In this document: in pieces, positions 9,485 through 19,210 of the stretch
Position numbering within the stretch: position 1 is the stretch's first letter
Layout of the letters: the number at the start of each line of letters is the position of its first letter
Assembly: GCA_963845565.1 (NCBI GenBank)
Contig: CAWJSJ010000002.1
Location: forward strand, 672,001-736,000
DNA from: an uncultured Methylomirabilota bacterium
GTDB taxonomy: Bacteria; Methylomirabilota; Methylomirabilia; Methylomirabilales; 2-02-FULL-66-22
Length of the DNA: 64,000 nt
Direction: 5' to 3'
Program-made: the position numbers and the translations under genes
Notes under the pieces: model-generated
Told to the model about the DNA's origin: nothing
Databases searched by the model: none
Seen by the model: only the letters and a program-made list of their open reading frames with translations

Positions 9485-10093
9485 ATGGTGGACGTGACAG
9501 AGCGCAGTCGCAAGTCGGAGGAGGAATACTTCCGCCGAAAGGAGCAGGAGCTGATCGATAAGCTCCGCGAGAAGACCGAGGCGGAGGCCCATCGCAAGGG
9601 CCTGACCGAAGCTATCGGGCTCGAGAACGAGCAGATCCTCGACGCGCTGCGCGAGATGGGCTTCGATCGCGCCACGGTCGTGGTGCTCTTCCTGGTCCCC
9701 CTGCTCCAGGTGGCATGGAGCGACGGGAGCATCTCCGACCGGGAGCGCACGTTGATTCTGGAAGCGGCCCACGCCCACGGAGTGAAGGAGGGCACGCCGG
9801 CGCATGAGAAGCTGAACGAGTGGCTTGCCGCGAGACCTCCGGAGCAGACGTCGGAGCGGGCCTTGCAGGTGATCCGCGATCTCATGGTCTTCCAGTCCCC
9901 GGACGCCCGGCAAGCGACCACCGGCAGGCTCATGGACGCCTGCGAGCGGATTGCCGCCGCCTCGCGCGGCTTCCTCGGACTCGGCTCCAAGATCTCGACA
10001 GAGGAAGCCGCCGTCATGAAACGGGTGGCCGCGGAGATCGAGCGGGCGCACGCCGAGGCCGTCACGAAGGTCCTCGGCGGCATGAAGGTCTGA
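9485..10093 (+). CDS. TerB-like fold protein
   Basis: GGAGG RBS, EEEYFRRKEQEL, LVPLLQVAWSDGSISDRER, and IAAASRGFLGLGSKISTEE. Confidence 0.8.
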   Translation: MVDVTERSRKSEEEYFRRKEQELIDKLREKTEAEAHRKGLTEAIGLENEQILDALREMGFDRATVVVLFLVPLLQVAWSDGSISDRERTLILEAAHAHGVKEGTPAHEKLNEWLAARPPEQTSERALQVIRDLMVFQSPDARQATTGRLMDACERIAAASRGFLGLGSKISTEEAAVMKRVAAEIERAHAEAVTKVLGGMKV

Positions 10094-10345
10094 TAGGTAT
10101 CGCCGCGCCCAGGGCTGTGCCGTGACTCTCACCGTCGGTACGCTCCACTCCTCCACTGGGTCAACACTTGCCATGAACTAACATTGGGGGTGGACCAACC
10201 CGTGGGCGGCAGGCCACTGCGCTATTCTTGATGGCGACTTACATCGTGACCCCAAAAAGCTACCGGACTCCATTTAGGGGCTACGTGCCTGAATACGTGG
10301 GGGGTGTGTCCAATTCGTGGCCATGGGTGGGTCTGGCGAGGACAC

Positions 10346-10532
10346 CGTGAAACCGCCTCCGGTGGTGGAGGAACTCGTGCGTCCGGTGCAGTGGGTTGAG
10401 ATGCCACGCGCGCCGCGGGTGGTGGACCCAGGCGCCTGTTCGGCCGCCGCGCCCGGCTACCTGGTCCACGCCGGCGAGGTCCGCTTCCCGCTCGCCCCGG
10501 GCGTCACGGCCCTGCCATTCGCGGAGTTCTAA
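10346..10532 (+). pseudogene. C-terminal fragment resembling DUF4143/AAA ATP-binding protein ends
   Basis: GYLVHAGEVRFPLAPGVTALPFAEF* with no N-terminal domain. Confidence 0.4.
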
Positions 10533-10820
10533 TGATCCGGGACCCGGCCGTTTCTGCGGTGTCAAGGCAAGATCCTCCTCAGGATGCGGCGTGCTGACCG
10601 TATCGCCCACCTGTTATCTGCCGTCGTCCCCCGAGGCCGCTCCGGGAGAACCTCTCACGCCCCATCGTAGTGGTGCCATCCGGCCGGCTCGCTGCCTCGA
10701 GCGACCCACCCGGCCTAGTCCGGGCTCTTGAGAGCGGGAGCGGCGCGCCAGTGTCCCGCCGCGGTCGCGTTGCGGCGCCGCCACGATGCACATCTCGCGC
10801 TGCCGACTCCCCGCACAATC

Positions 10821-11029
10821 GGGTCAGGTCTTGAATTGTGCCTTGCCTACCGTTCACGGTTCGGCTGATGGTACTGTCGTCGAGACTGGTGGCCCGGCCG
10901 ATCTCGGAGAGCCTGACGAGCATTGCCCCGGCTGATGACGTGAAACACCGCCCCCGGGTACTCGATGCGCAGCGGTCGCGCCCTGGGTCCTCCTGCTCCG
11001 AGGGATGCCGCACTACGAGACCTGACCCC
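10821..11029 (-). mobile_element. Internally deleted REP-associated tyrosine transposase (RAYT) with flanking inverted repeats
   Basis: N-terminus (A)RPLRIEYPGAVFHVISRGNAR, with ATG replaced by AGG, is joined directly to C-terminal HTH LSEIGRATSLDDSTISRTV..IQDLT. Inverted AGACCTGACCC at 10821-10831 (-) and 11018-11028 (+). Confidence 0.75.
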
Positions 11030-11055
11030 CACTTCGTGAGGCGGCGTGGGTCTCG

Positions 11056-12054
11056 CTACCGGGGAGACGCCAAGTGGCGGACGGCCTGGATGATCCCATG
11101 GCCGACGCGGGCAAAGGCGGGAGGCGTCAGCTTGTCCGGGATGTCCTCGGGGGCATGGTAATGGGGATATCGAAACGGGGCGGTGTCGGTCAGCATGAGG
11201 GCGGGGTATCCCTCTTTCCAGAAGGACCAGTGATCGGACCAGTTGATGCCGGGAAGCATCTCGAACGTGGCGACCCCTTCCACGGGGAAGTCGCTGACTG
11301 CCATGAACGCGCGAAGAAAATCGATCGCCAGCGGGCGTGACGGGAGATTGCCGACGACCGCCAGGAAATTGCCCGCACTCGGATAGAGCAAGCCGAAGGG
11401 AAATGGGTAGGATTGACCGCCTGAGGCATCGGAGTAGTAGCCGATCGTCTCCAGCGACACCATCGCCACGATCGCCTCGCCCCGCTGCCTGGCATTCCTG
11501 GCGTGCACGCGGCTGCCCATATCCTCCGTGAAGAAATGCGGCGGCTCTTCGTTCGTGAAGGCGACAAAGCGGAGGGTCCTCTGGAGCGGTGCCTGTCTGA
11601 AGGCGCGAGACATTTCGAGCAACAGCGCCACGCCCGACCCGTTGTCGTTGGCCCCGGGGGTGCCGGGGGCGGTGTCGTAGTGGGCCCCGACCAGGACGAT
11701 CTCCTGAGGCCGCCCGACGCCTCGGAGCTCGATGATGAGGTTCTCACACGGCCGGCCGTCGACCTGGAAGGCCTCCGTCTTGACCGTGAAACCCTGGTCG
11801 GTCCAGGTCTTCCGGATATACTCGGCGGCAGCCTGGAGCTCATTGGGTCGGGCAAGATGCCGCTGGCCGATCGTGCCGCCGAGCATCCGGACATGGGGCA
11901 TGAGGCGCGCTTCGAGGGCGGCGATGTCGGCGCGGATGGCTGGCGTCATGGTGGGGCGGGTCACGTCCGGCTTCACATCGATCATGACGCGATACCCGAT
12001 CACGGCCAGGATGGCCAGAACGACCAGGATCCCTGAGAATACCCAGATGCGCAT
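11056..12054 (-). CDS. M28 family metallopeptidase with N-terminal membrane anchor
   Basis: VGAHYDT, PGANDNGSG, FTNEEPP, SLETIG, WSDH, YPHYHAPED. Confidence 0.93.
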   Translation of the reverse strand: MRIWVFSGILVVLAILAVIGYRVMIDVKPDVTRPTMTPAIRADIAALEARLMPHVRMLGGTIGQRHLARPNELQAAAEYIRKTWTDQGFTVKTEAFQVDGRPCENLIIELRGVGRPQEIVLVGAHYDTAPGTPGANDNGSGVALLLEMSRAFRQAPLQRTLRFVAFTNEEPPHFFTEDMGSRVHARNARQRGEAIVAMVSLETIGYYSDASGGQSYPFPFGLLYPSAGNFLAVVGNLPSRPLAIDFLRAFMAVSDFPVEGVATFEMLPGINWSDHWSFWKEGYPALMLTDTAPFRYPHYHAPEDIPDKLTPPAFARVGHGIIQAVRHLASPR

Positions 12055-12350
12055 GGGTCACCCCCGGCGACACCACGGCCACGCCGTGCGGATCAGGCGT
12101 TCGTCTCGATGATTGCATGCCCACGCCGGAGGCCTGTGCCCCCTCCGGGATGCAGGGGCCCATCTCCTCTCAAAGCTGAAGCCGGGCACACCCTCTCGGG
12201 CACTGAATCTGGGGCCCTCTCTTCGTGCCCATTACTATACTCCCTTTTCCTCTTGACCGTCGCGTCCGGTGCGCCGGATACTGCAAACTGACCTTGCGGC
12301 ACCACCCAGCCGGGTTGCCGGAACCCCGAGGAAACCGCAATGGAGAAGGC

Positions 12351-13085
12351 ATGTGTACAGCCCCCGAGACCGCACTTCCACCGCCCCCGGACTATGCCGA
12401 CGTCGCACGCACCGTCGATGACGCGATCACGTCGCGCCGGTCCGTTCGGGCCTTTCTGCCAGCGCCGGTGCCACGCGCGCTGATCGAGCACATCCTGGAG
12501 GTGGCGTCGCGCGCGCCGAGCGGAACCAACATGCAGCCCTGGTGCGTCCATGTGGTGGCGGGCGAGGCGAAGGACAAGCTGTCCCGCGCCATTCTCGACG
12601 CCCATGAGGCGGGCGGCGAGGGGCACACGCGGCCCTGGAAATACTATCCCGACGAGCTCTTCGAGCCCTATCTGAGCCGGAAGCGCGCGGTCGGCTGGGG
12701 GCTCTACGGCCTGCTCGGAATCGGCAAGGGCGACCACGCGCAGATGAAAGCGCAGCGGGCGCAGAACTACCTGTTCTTCGGCGCGCCGGTCGGCATGTTC
12801 TTTACCCTCGACGCCCGGCTCGAGATCGGCAGTTGGCTCGACTACGGCATGTTCATTCAGAGTATCATGACCAGCGCGCGGGGCCACGGCCTGCACACGT
12901 GTCCGCAGGCTGCCTTCGCAGACTATCACCGGATCATCCGCGCCCATCTCGGCCTCCCGGAGGATCACACCGTGATCTGCGGCCTGTCGATCGGATACGA
13001 GGACACAGAGGCGGTCGTGAACAGGCTGCGGACGGACCGCGTTCCGGTCAGCACGTTCGCCCGCCTTATCGGCTACGAGAGCTGA
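12351..13085 (+). CDS. Nitroreductase family protein
   Basis: SRRSVRAF, RAPSGTNMQPW, FFGAPV, GLHTCPQAA, ICGLSIGY. Confidence 0.95.
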   Translation: MCTAPETALPPPPDYADVARTVDDAITSRRSVRAFLPAPVPRALIEHILEVASRAPSGTNMQPWCVHVVAGEAKDKLSRAILDAHEAGGEGHTRPWKYYPDELFEPYLSRKRAVGWGLYGLLGIGKGDHAQMKAQRAQNYLFFGAPVGMFFTLDARLEIGSWLDYGMFIQSIMTSARGHGLHTCPQAAFADYHRIIRAHLGLPEDHTVICGLSIGYEDTEAVVNRLRTDRVPVSTFARLIGYES

Positions 13086-13245
13086 TTGACCCTCGGTGCC
13101 GGCCAGTCGCCATCGGTGGCCGATTTGGGTTCCCGCGCCGATCCTGCGAACAGGCGCGTCCGGGTTGGCGAACGCGCAGGTCATTGCCCGCTCCAGTCGA
13201 TCCCCCATGATCATCGCCGAAAGCCGATTGGGAAACGTGAGAAGC

Positions 13246-14538
13246 ATGGGATCGGAAAGAAAGCACGGGGACCGCAAACTGGGCCTCTTCTACGGCTGGA
13301 AGATCGTCGGGACGGGCATCCTCGGCATGATCCTGGTCTATGGGGTCCGCCATTCCTTCGCCGTGTTCTTCACCCCCATCCTGGACGAGTTCCATTGGAG
13401 CCGGGGCAACATCGCCATCATGATGTCCCTGAATATTTGTGCGTACGGGTTTCTGGCCCCCGTGGCGGGGATCCTGGCGGACCATTGGAGGGCCCGGGTC
13501 CTGATGCCCCTGGGAATCGCCATTCTCGGGGCGGCCACCGCGGGGTGCGCCTGGGCGGAGGAACTCTGGCACTTCTATGTGCTCTTCGGACTCCTCATGC
13601 CCCTCGGCAGTGCGCTGGCCGGCTGGCCCATCATCGCGCCCGCCCTCATGAATTGGTTCGTCCGAAAGCGCGGCCTCGTCATGGGTATCGGGCAGATGGG
13701 CGGTGGGCTGAGCTTCGCGTACACCATATTTGTGAACTACTTGATCCTTCACGTTGGATGGCGGCTCACCTTTCTGGTGTTGGCGGGCATCCTGGTTTTC
13801 GTTCCCTTGCCCCTATATTTGCTTTTCTTCTATTATCGACCCCGGGAGAAAGGGCTCACACCGTATGGCTCAGCCGACATGCCCGAGGTTTCAACGCGAG
13901 AAGCACCCGGGGCCGCCGGAGGCGTCTCCCCGACGCGCGATTGGACCCCCGCCCAGCTGCTCCGCGCCCCTCAACTGTGGCTGCTGGTGTTGTCGTATGC
14001 GCTCTACTGGGGCGTCGGGAACTACCTGGTCCTGGCCCATCAGGTGCGATTCGCAGAGGATGCGGGCTACGGCAGCATGTTCAGCGTCTCCATCTTCGCG
14101 CTGTTCGGGGTGACCCTTTTCCTGGGCCAATCCTGTGGGTTCTTGTCGGACCGAATGGGCAGGGAGCGGGTGGCCACGCTGGCCGCCGCGTTGTCCATCC
14201 TTGCCCTGGCGGCCCTCATGTCCGTACGCGACACGTCCCACCCTTGGCTCTTGTACGCGTACTCCATCGGCTTTGGCCTGGGGGGAGGGCTCTTCACGCC
14301 CACCATTTACGCCGGAGCTGCGGATATCTTTGCTGGCCAGTATTTTGGCGCCGTGTCCGGCCTGCTTCTCACCGGCATGGGGGTCGCCGCGGTCTTCGGC
14401 CCGTGGCTGGGCGGTCACATCTATGATGTGGCCGGCACCTACCGCCCCGCCTTTCTCCTCTGCATCGTCTGCATCGCCCTTGCCTGCCTGGCCTTCTGGA
14501 TCGCCGCGCCCCGGAGAAGGCCCACCCCGAGTCGATGA
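13246..14538 (+). CDS. MFS transporter (MCT/OFA-like)
   Basis: FYGWKIV start, about 12 TM helices, NWFVRKRGLVMG, GFLSDRMGR, GGHIYDVAGTY. Confidence 0.92.
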   Translation: MGSERKHGDRKLGLFYGWKIVGTGILGMILVYGVRHSFAVFFTPILDEFHWSRGNIAIMMSLNICAYGFLAPVAGILADHWRARVLMPLGIAILGAATAGCAWAEELWHFYVLFGLLMPLGSALAGWPIIAPALMNWFVRKRGLVMGIGQMGGGLSFAYTIFVNYLILHVGWRLTFLVLAGILVFVPLPLYLLFFYYRPREKGLTPYGSADMPEVSTREAPGAAGGVSPTRDWTPAQLLRAPQLWLLVLSYALYWGVGNYLVLAHQVRFAEDAGYGSMFSVSIFALFGVTLFLGQSCGFLSDRMGRERVATLAAALSILALAALMSVRDTSHPWLLYAYSIGFGLGGGLFTPTIYAGAADIFAGQYFGAVSGLLLTGMGVAAVFGPWLGGHIYDVAGTYRPAFLLCIVCIALACLAFWIAAPRRRPTPSR

Positions 14539-14912
14539 AGCATTCCCGAACGCACCACCAGCGATTGGGGGTCGATCACCCCTGGACGGTAGGGCCCGCG
14601 ATGTGGCAGCAGGAAAGCCAAGTTGGGATTGGTCACCGGCTGAGCCCGCCGGACATCAGACCGCCCACTATCACCACACGTCGTGCGACCGTTTTGCGGG
14701 ACGGTGTTGCCTGCATGAACTTCCAGCAAGAACACTCGCCGCCACGACGAGCAGCACCGGTCATCCTGCATAGCGGCCCGTCCAACGATCCCGATGCTGA
14801 CGTGTCTTCGGCTCAGCAACCCGGGCAGTCCTTTCGACCCGGCAGGTCCGCTTTGTGGTAACATGCCGCCGCATTTCATCCCATGCGCGCGGCGAACGAA
14901 AAGGAGGTGCCA

Positions 14913-16025
14913 ATGAAGGTCACGACGGTGGAACCGATGGTTCTTGAGGCCCCGGTCAAGGAGCCGTGGCGGATTGGCACGGCGGTGTACACCAGCATGC
15001 ACGCCATGCTGGTCCGGGTGGAGACGGATGAGGGCATCACCGGGTATGGCGAAGGCCTGGTCCGGTTCTCGCCCCGGGCCGGCGCGGCGGTAGTCCGGGA
15101 CATTCTGGCGCCGGTGGTGATCGGCCAGGACCCGTTCGAAGTGGAGCTGGTCTGGGACAAGATGTACGGCATGATGCGGGGCCGGGGGCACTCCAAGGGG
15201 TTCATGCTGGAGGCGATGAGCGCAGTGGACATCGCGCTGTGGGACATCGTCGGCAAGGCATTGGGCCAGCCACTGCACCGAATCCTCGGGAGCTACGGGC
15301 GGTCCAGTCTTCCCGTCTACGCGTCGTCGCTCCTCTTCAAGCCCATCGAGGAGCTGGTCCGCGAAGCGGCGGGTCTGGCGGCACAGGGGTACACCGCCAT
15401 CAAGCTCAAGATCGGCCAGGGCGCGGAGGCCGATCTGGCGAAGGTGCGGGCGATCCGCACGGCGCTGGGGAACGGCGTGCGGCTGATGGTGGATGCGAAC
15501 TGCGCCTACGACACGCTCACCGCGCTGCAGATCGGACGGCTCTTGGAGGCGGAGGGCGTCGCCTGGTTCGAGGAGCCGGTCGCGCCCGAACTCCTCGATG
15601 GCTACGTCAAGCTGGCGCAGGCGCTGGACATGCCGATCGCCGGCGGGGAGACCGAGTTCACGCGCTGGGCGTTCAAGGAGATTCTCACCCGGCAGGCCAT
15701 GGACATCATTCAGCCCGACATCGGTCGTGTGGGCGGGTTCAGCGAGGCCCGAAAGATCGCCGCGCTCGCCAGCGCCTTCGACGTTCCGGTCGGACCGCAC
15801 ACGGGAGCCTCGGCGGCGGTGGCCGTGGCTGCGTCGGTCCAGTGGGCGGCGGCACTTCCCAACCTGCTGACGTTCGAGTACATGTATCCGCCCAACCCGC
15901 TGCGGGAGGAATTGCTGATCGACCCGCTCCCCGCGCCGAAGAACGGTCAGATGGGTGTGCCCCAGCAGCCGGGGCTGGGGATCGAGGTGGACGCGAAGGC
16001 CTTGGCGCGTTTTCGGACCGCATAG
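14913..16025 (+). CDS. Mandelate racemase/muconate lactonizing enzyme (enolase superfamily)
   Basis: AGGAGG RBS, DEGITGYGE, SAVDIALWDI, KLKIG, MVDAN, WFEEP, GGE, IIQPD, PH. Confidence 0.95.
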   Translation: MKVTTVEPMVLEAPVKEPWRIGTAVYTSMHAMLVRVETDEGITGYGEGLVRFSPRAGAAVVRDILAPVVIGQDPFEVELVWDKMYGMMRGRGHSKGFMLEAMSAVDIALWDIVGKALGQPLHRILGSYGRSSLPVYASSLLFKPIEELVREAAGLAAQGYTAIKLKIGQGAEADLAKVRAIRTALGNGVRLMVDANCAYDTLTALQIGRLLEAEGVAWFEEPVAPELLDGYVKLAQALDMPIAGGETEFTRWAFKEILTRQAMDIIQPDIGRVGGFSEARKIAALASAFDVPVGPHTGASAAVAVAASVQWAAALPNLLTFEYMYPPNPLREELLIDPLPAPKNGQMGVPQQPGLGIEVDAKALARFRTA

Positions 16026-16218
16026 CAGGCTGCTGAAAACGGCCCATCTGCCGCGTTGGCTTGCTCGGGCACTCGTTGCGGCGTACCTGGAGTACGCCTT
16101 GACCCACCTGCGGTGGGTACCCCGCCCCGGGTACCCATCCACAGGATGGGTGACGCCGCCTTGCATCTGGACCTTTTTGAGCAGCCTGAGTGAAAGCGTG
16201 TTCTTCAGCCTCCTGCTA
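16023..16218. repeat. Palindromic MITE/REP-like element, family A, copy 1
   Basis: TAGCAGGCTGCTGAAAAC...GCATCTGGACCTTTTTGAGCAGCCTG...TTCAGCCTCCTGCTA, with internal hairpins GGCGTAC/GTACGCC and CCCATCC/GGATGGG. Homologous to 54959-55155. Confidence 0.85.
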
Positions 16219-16244
16219 GTCCCTGTGCTTGAGAGTCCCCATCC

Positions 16245-16466
16245 CTACGCCGGGATGAACTCCTCCGCCTGCGTGCCGCACATCGGGCAAAGGGCCGGAG
16301 GGCGATCCGACTCGATATGCGCGCACTCGGGACACAGGAAGAGCTTGATGTCGATGACATCGTGGCCTTGGGTCGGCGTTGCCAGCGCCACGGCGCAGAG
16401 CTTGGCGTGGACGGCCTCATCCTTCATCAGGTGCGACAGGGACTTCCGATCCGTCTGGCTCTCCAT
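16245..16466 (-). CDS. Stand-alone C-terminal half of rubrerythrin (last helix plus rubredoxin-like domain)
   Basis: EAVHAKL...FLCPECAHIE...CPMCG..AEEF aligns with the C-terminus of 21190-21687. Has its own AAGGAG RBS. Confidence 0.72.
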   Translation of the reverse strand: MESQTDRKSLSHLMKDEAVHAKLCAVALATPTQGHDVIDIKLFLCPECAHIESDRPPALCPMCGTQAEEFIPA

Positions 16467-16819
16467 GGTAACGCTCCTTCGGGATTCAAGAGTCACTCGA
16501 TCGTTCCGCCCGCCTTGGCGAATTCCCCGGTAAACAGGGGCTGAGAATTCTCGTCACATCCTGCCGACTTTTTTCACGCACCGAGTGCATGGCACGGTCA
16601 ATTTCCCACCACCGGGAAGAACCAGCGTTGCTGTGCGATCCAGGCCGCATGGTCCGGACCCCTCTCTGCTTGCGTGTGTCGTCACACCCCACGATCCACC
16701 CGACGGAACATCTGGGGATCTTGCGCATCTTGTGCCATGTGTTCCCCGCGACGCGCATGGCGCACGAGAGGGCGTCAGCCGGAAGCGGAGATTGCGCGAG
16801 GGAAAGGCGGGGAATCCCT

Positions 16820-16835
16820 TGGCATCGGCCGTGCA
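16820..16835 (+). promoter_or_regulatory. Putative sigma54 promoter of the DUF4388/roadblock operon
   Basis: TGGCATCGGCCGTGCA (GG-N10-GC), about 115 bp upstream of 16950. Confidence 0.55.
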
Positions 16836-16949
16836 GTGCCAGGTGCCCAGGCGGGATCGAGCGCCGAGATCCTCCGTCATGCATCGTCCCGCCCGCCCCG
16901 GTGAAAGCCCCCGGCTGGGGCGTCAGGTTATGGGAGAGAGGGGTCGCGC

Positions 16950-17648
16950 ATGTCTCTCATCGGCACGCTGAAAGACCTCAGTCTGTTCAACCTGGTCCAG
17001 CTGCACTGCTGCGAGCGACAACAAGCACAGGTGTCCCTGGCGCACGGCGACTGCGACGGGAGACTGGTCTTTGCGGATGGCGAGCTGGTGTTCGCCGCCG
17101 TGGGTGGTCTGGTGGGTGGGGAGGCCGTGCACGAGCTGCTGACGTGGGAGGACGGGGATTTCCGCGTCGACTACGAGCCTGCGCCCGTCGTGCGGAACGT
17201 CCGGACCCCATGGAGCGAGCTGCTCCTCGAAGGGGTCCGGCGGCTGGATGAGGCGCGCGCCGCGCGGGATGCGCGCCTGGAAGCCACCCTGCGGAGCATG
17301 AAGGGTACGCATGGGCTGCGCGCCACGGTGGCAACGAACACGACGGGCCAGGTCCGGGCTGCCGCCACCGCAGGGCCGGCAATGGCGGAGGCGGCCTTGG
17401 TGGCACTTCTCGCCGGGCGGCTGGAAACCATCGGAGGACTGCTGCACTGCGGGGCGTGCAGGGAAGTCAGCGTCTCCGGCCCCAGCGAGACAATCTGGAT
17501 TGCACGGAGAGACGGCGCCTATCTGGCGTGCTGGCTCGACGGACGGGCGGCTCTCCATCCGGTCAAGAGGCTGTTGCAACCGCTGCTCTCGTGGGAGCGG
17601 ACCGACGCGCCGCAGGAAGCGCCGGACGCGTCGTCTTTGAGCCGTTGA
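16950..17648 (+). CDS. DUF4388 (PatA_N-like) domain fused to roadblock/LC7-like domain
   Basis: GTLKDLSLFNLVQL...GRLVFADGELVFA...GGEAVHELLTWEDGDF...LLLEGVRRLDE, then an alpha-beta-beta-alpha-beta-beta-beta-alpha pattern typical of roadblock. Confidence 0.8.
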   Translation: MSLIGTLKDLSLFNLVQLHCCERQQAQVSLAHGDCDGRLVFADGELVFAAVGGLVGGEAVHELLTWEDGDFRVDYEPAPVVRNVRTPWSELLLEGVRRLDEARAARDARLEATLRSMKGTHGLRATVATNTTGQVRAAATAGPAMAEAALVALLAGRLETIGGLLHCGACREVSVSGPSETIWIARRDGAYLACWLDGRAALHPVKRLLQPLLSWERTDAPQEAPDASSLSR

Positions 17649-17661
17649 GCGGGAGGCGCGG

Positions 17662-18675
17662 ATGATCTTTCCCCAGGACCGTGTGGTGTACGAGCACCTG
17701 AACACGTCGTTCACGCAGCTGGACGCGATGCTCACCGAGCTGAAGGCGGAACTCTTTTGCGGGTACGTCCGCCTCACGGCGCGGGACTACGACGGTCTCG
17801 TGCTCCTCGAGGCGGGCCGCGTGCCGAACGCCATCGAAGACGCGAAGGGCCGGCGTCGCACCGGCGCCAAAGCCGTGGATGGAATCCTTGCCAAGAGCCG
17901 CGAACGCGACGGCATGATCAGCGTCTTCCAGCTCTCGGACGGGATGACCCAGCTCCTGGCAGACCTCGCCGACAGCCACGTCCTGTACAAGGACCTGACA
18001 AGCGATCTGACCAGCCTGGATCGGCTGCTCGCCGGCCTGAAGGGCCGACGCCATACCGGCTTCATTGACGTCCAGATACCGGGCCGCCCCGAGACCGCCA
18101 CGATCTTCCTGCGGGACGGCGACGTGCTGGAGGCCACACTCTCCCGGCACGGAAACATCAGCGACGGCCCGAAGGTCTTGGATGAGCTGACCCGGCTCGC
18201 TGCGTCCGAGGGCGCGGTGTTTACGGTCCACGGTGCGCAGATCGCCCCGCCGGAGAACGAGAGCCAGCCGCCGCGGGGACCGGATCGTCAAGAGCAGCTC
18301 GGGGTCTGGCAGGATGTGCTCAAGACCGTGGAGACCAGCGTGGACACGCCAACGAAGGCGGGGACGTTCATGGTCGCGTTCAAGCGGGCGTGCATCGAGC
18401 TGGCGGACACCTACCCATTCCTCGACCCTTTCGCGGCCGAATTCGAGTACCGGGAAGGCCAGATCCGGTACGAAGGGCAGGCGGGCGGAGCCGAGCTCAA
18501 CCAGGGACTCGGCCGATGTCTCGCGCAGTGCGTCCGCGCGCTGACGGGTCACCCGGCCACCGCCGACCTGCCGGCGCGGCTGTCGGCGGTCGCCGTGGGC
18601 TTGAAAAAACGGCACGGCGCGCGGTTGGCGGAGTACGGATTGCCGGAGGCGCTTCCCGAGGTCTTCGGCGCCTAG
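17662..18675 (+). CDS. Protein with two tandem DUF4388/DUF2226-like repeats and a C-terminal helical domain
   Basis: Internal repeat VVYEHLNTSFTQLDAMLTELK..LFCGYV / VLYKDLTSDLTSLDRLLAGLK..RHTGFI, and C-terminal YPFLDPFAAEFEYREG. Confidence 0.72.
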   Translation: MIFPQDRVVYEHLNTSFTQLDAMLTELKAELFCGYVRLTARDYDGLVLLEAGRVPNAIEDAKGRRRTGAKAVDGILAKSRERDGMISVFQLSDGMTQLLADLADSHVLYKDLTSDLTSLDRLLAGLKGRRHTGFIDVQIPGRPETATIFLRDGDVLEATLSRHGNISDGPKVLDELTRLAASEGAVFTVHGAQIAPPENESQPPRGPDRQEQLGVWQDVLKTVETSVDTPTKAGTFMVAFKRACIELADTYPFLDPFAAEFEYREGQIRYEGQAGGAELNQGLGRCLAQCVRALTGHPATADLPARLSAVAVGLKKRHGARLAEYGLPEALPEVFGA

Positions 18676-18691
18676 CGGCTGGGAGCCCGGC

Positions 18692-19210
18692 ATGGCGAAC
18701 ATCGTTACCCAAGAGGTCACCCTCGCCTGGAGCGGCGTGCGGCTCGCCCTTCTCAACGAACGATGCCAGGCCCTGTTCGAGGAGCTGACGCGGGTGGCCG
18801 GGGTCCAGGGGGCCTGCGTCTGCGACAACCATGGCGGGGTGCTCGGGCTGCTGCTCGCCGGTGCGGGCGACCGCCGCATGTTCGAGGGGATCGGGCTTGC
18901 CCTCAGCCAGTGTTTCGGTGCGTTGAATGCGCGGTCCGCTTTCCGGGATCTCGAGGTCGTGTTCGAGAGCAAGACGGTGGTCGCGCGCGACCTCGGCAAC
19001 GCCACGCTCGCCGTGGTGTGCGGCCCGGACGCCAATCTGCCCCTCCTGCGCATGACCCTGAATGTGGCAGCCAACCCGTTCGAGGGTGACGCCGAGCTTC
19101 AGCGCGGCCTCCAGCAGGCGGCGCCCTCCCGGGCGAATACGCTGAAGGGAGAGCGCCTGGACGCCCTGGCGCGAGCGCTCCTTCACCGCGCCGGTGCGAG
19201 GGCTGCCTGA
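18692..19210 (+). CDS. Roadblock/LC7 (MglB-like) domain protein
   Basis: LFEELTRVAGVQGACVCDNHGGVL...LEVVFESKTVVARDLGNATLAVVCGPDANLPLLRMTLNV. Confidence 0.75.
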   Translation: MANIVTQEVTLAWSGVRLALLNERCQALFEELTRVAGVQGACVCDNHGGVLGLLLAGAGDRRMFEGIGLALSQCFGALNARSAFRDLEVVFESKTVVARDLGNATLAVVCGPDANLPLLRMTLNVAANPFEGDAELQRGLQQAAPSRANTLKGERLDALARALLHRAGARAA

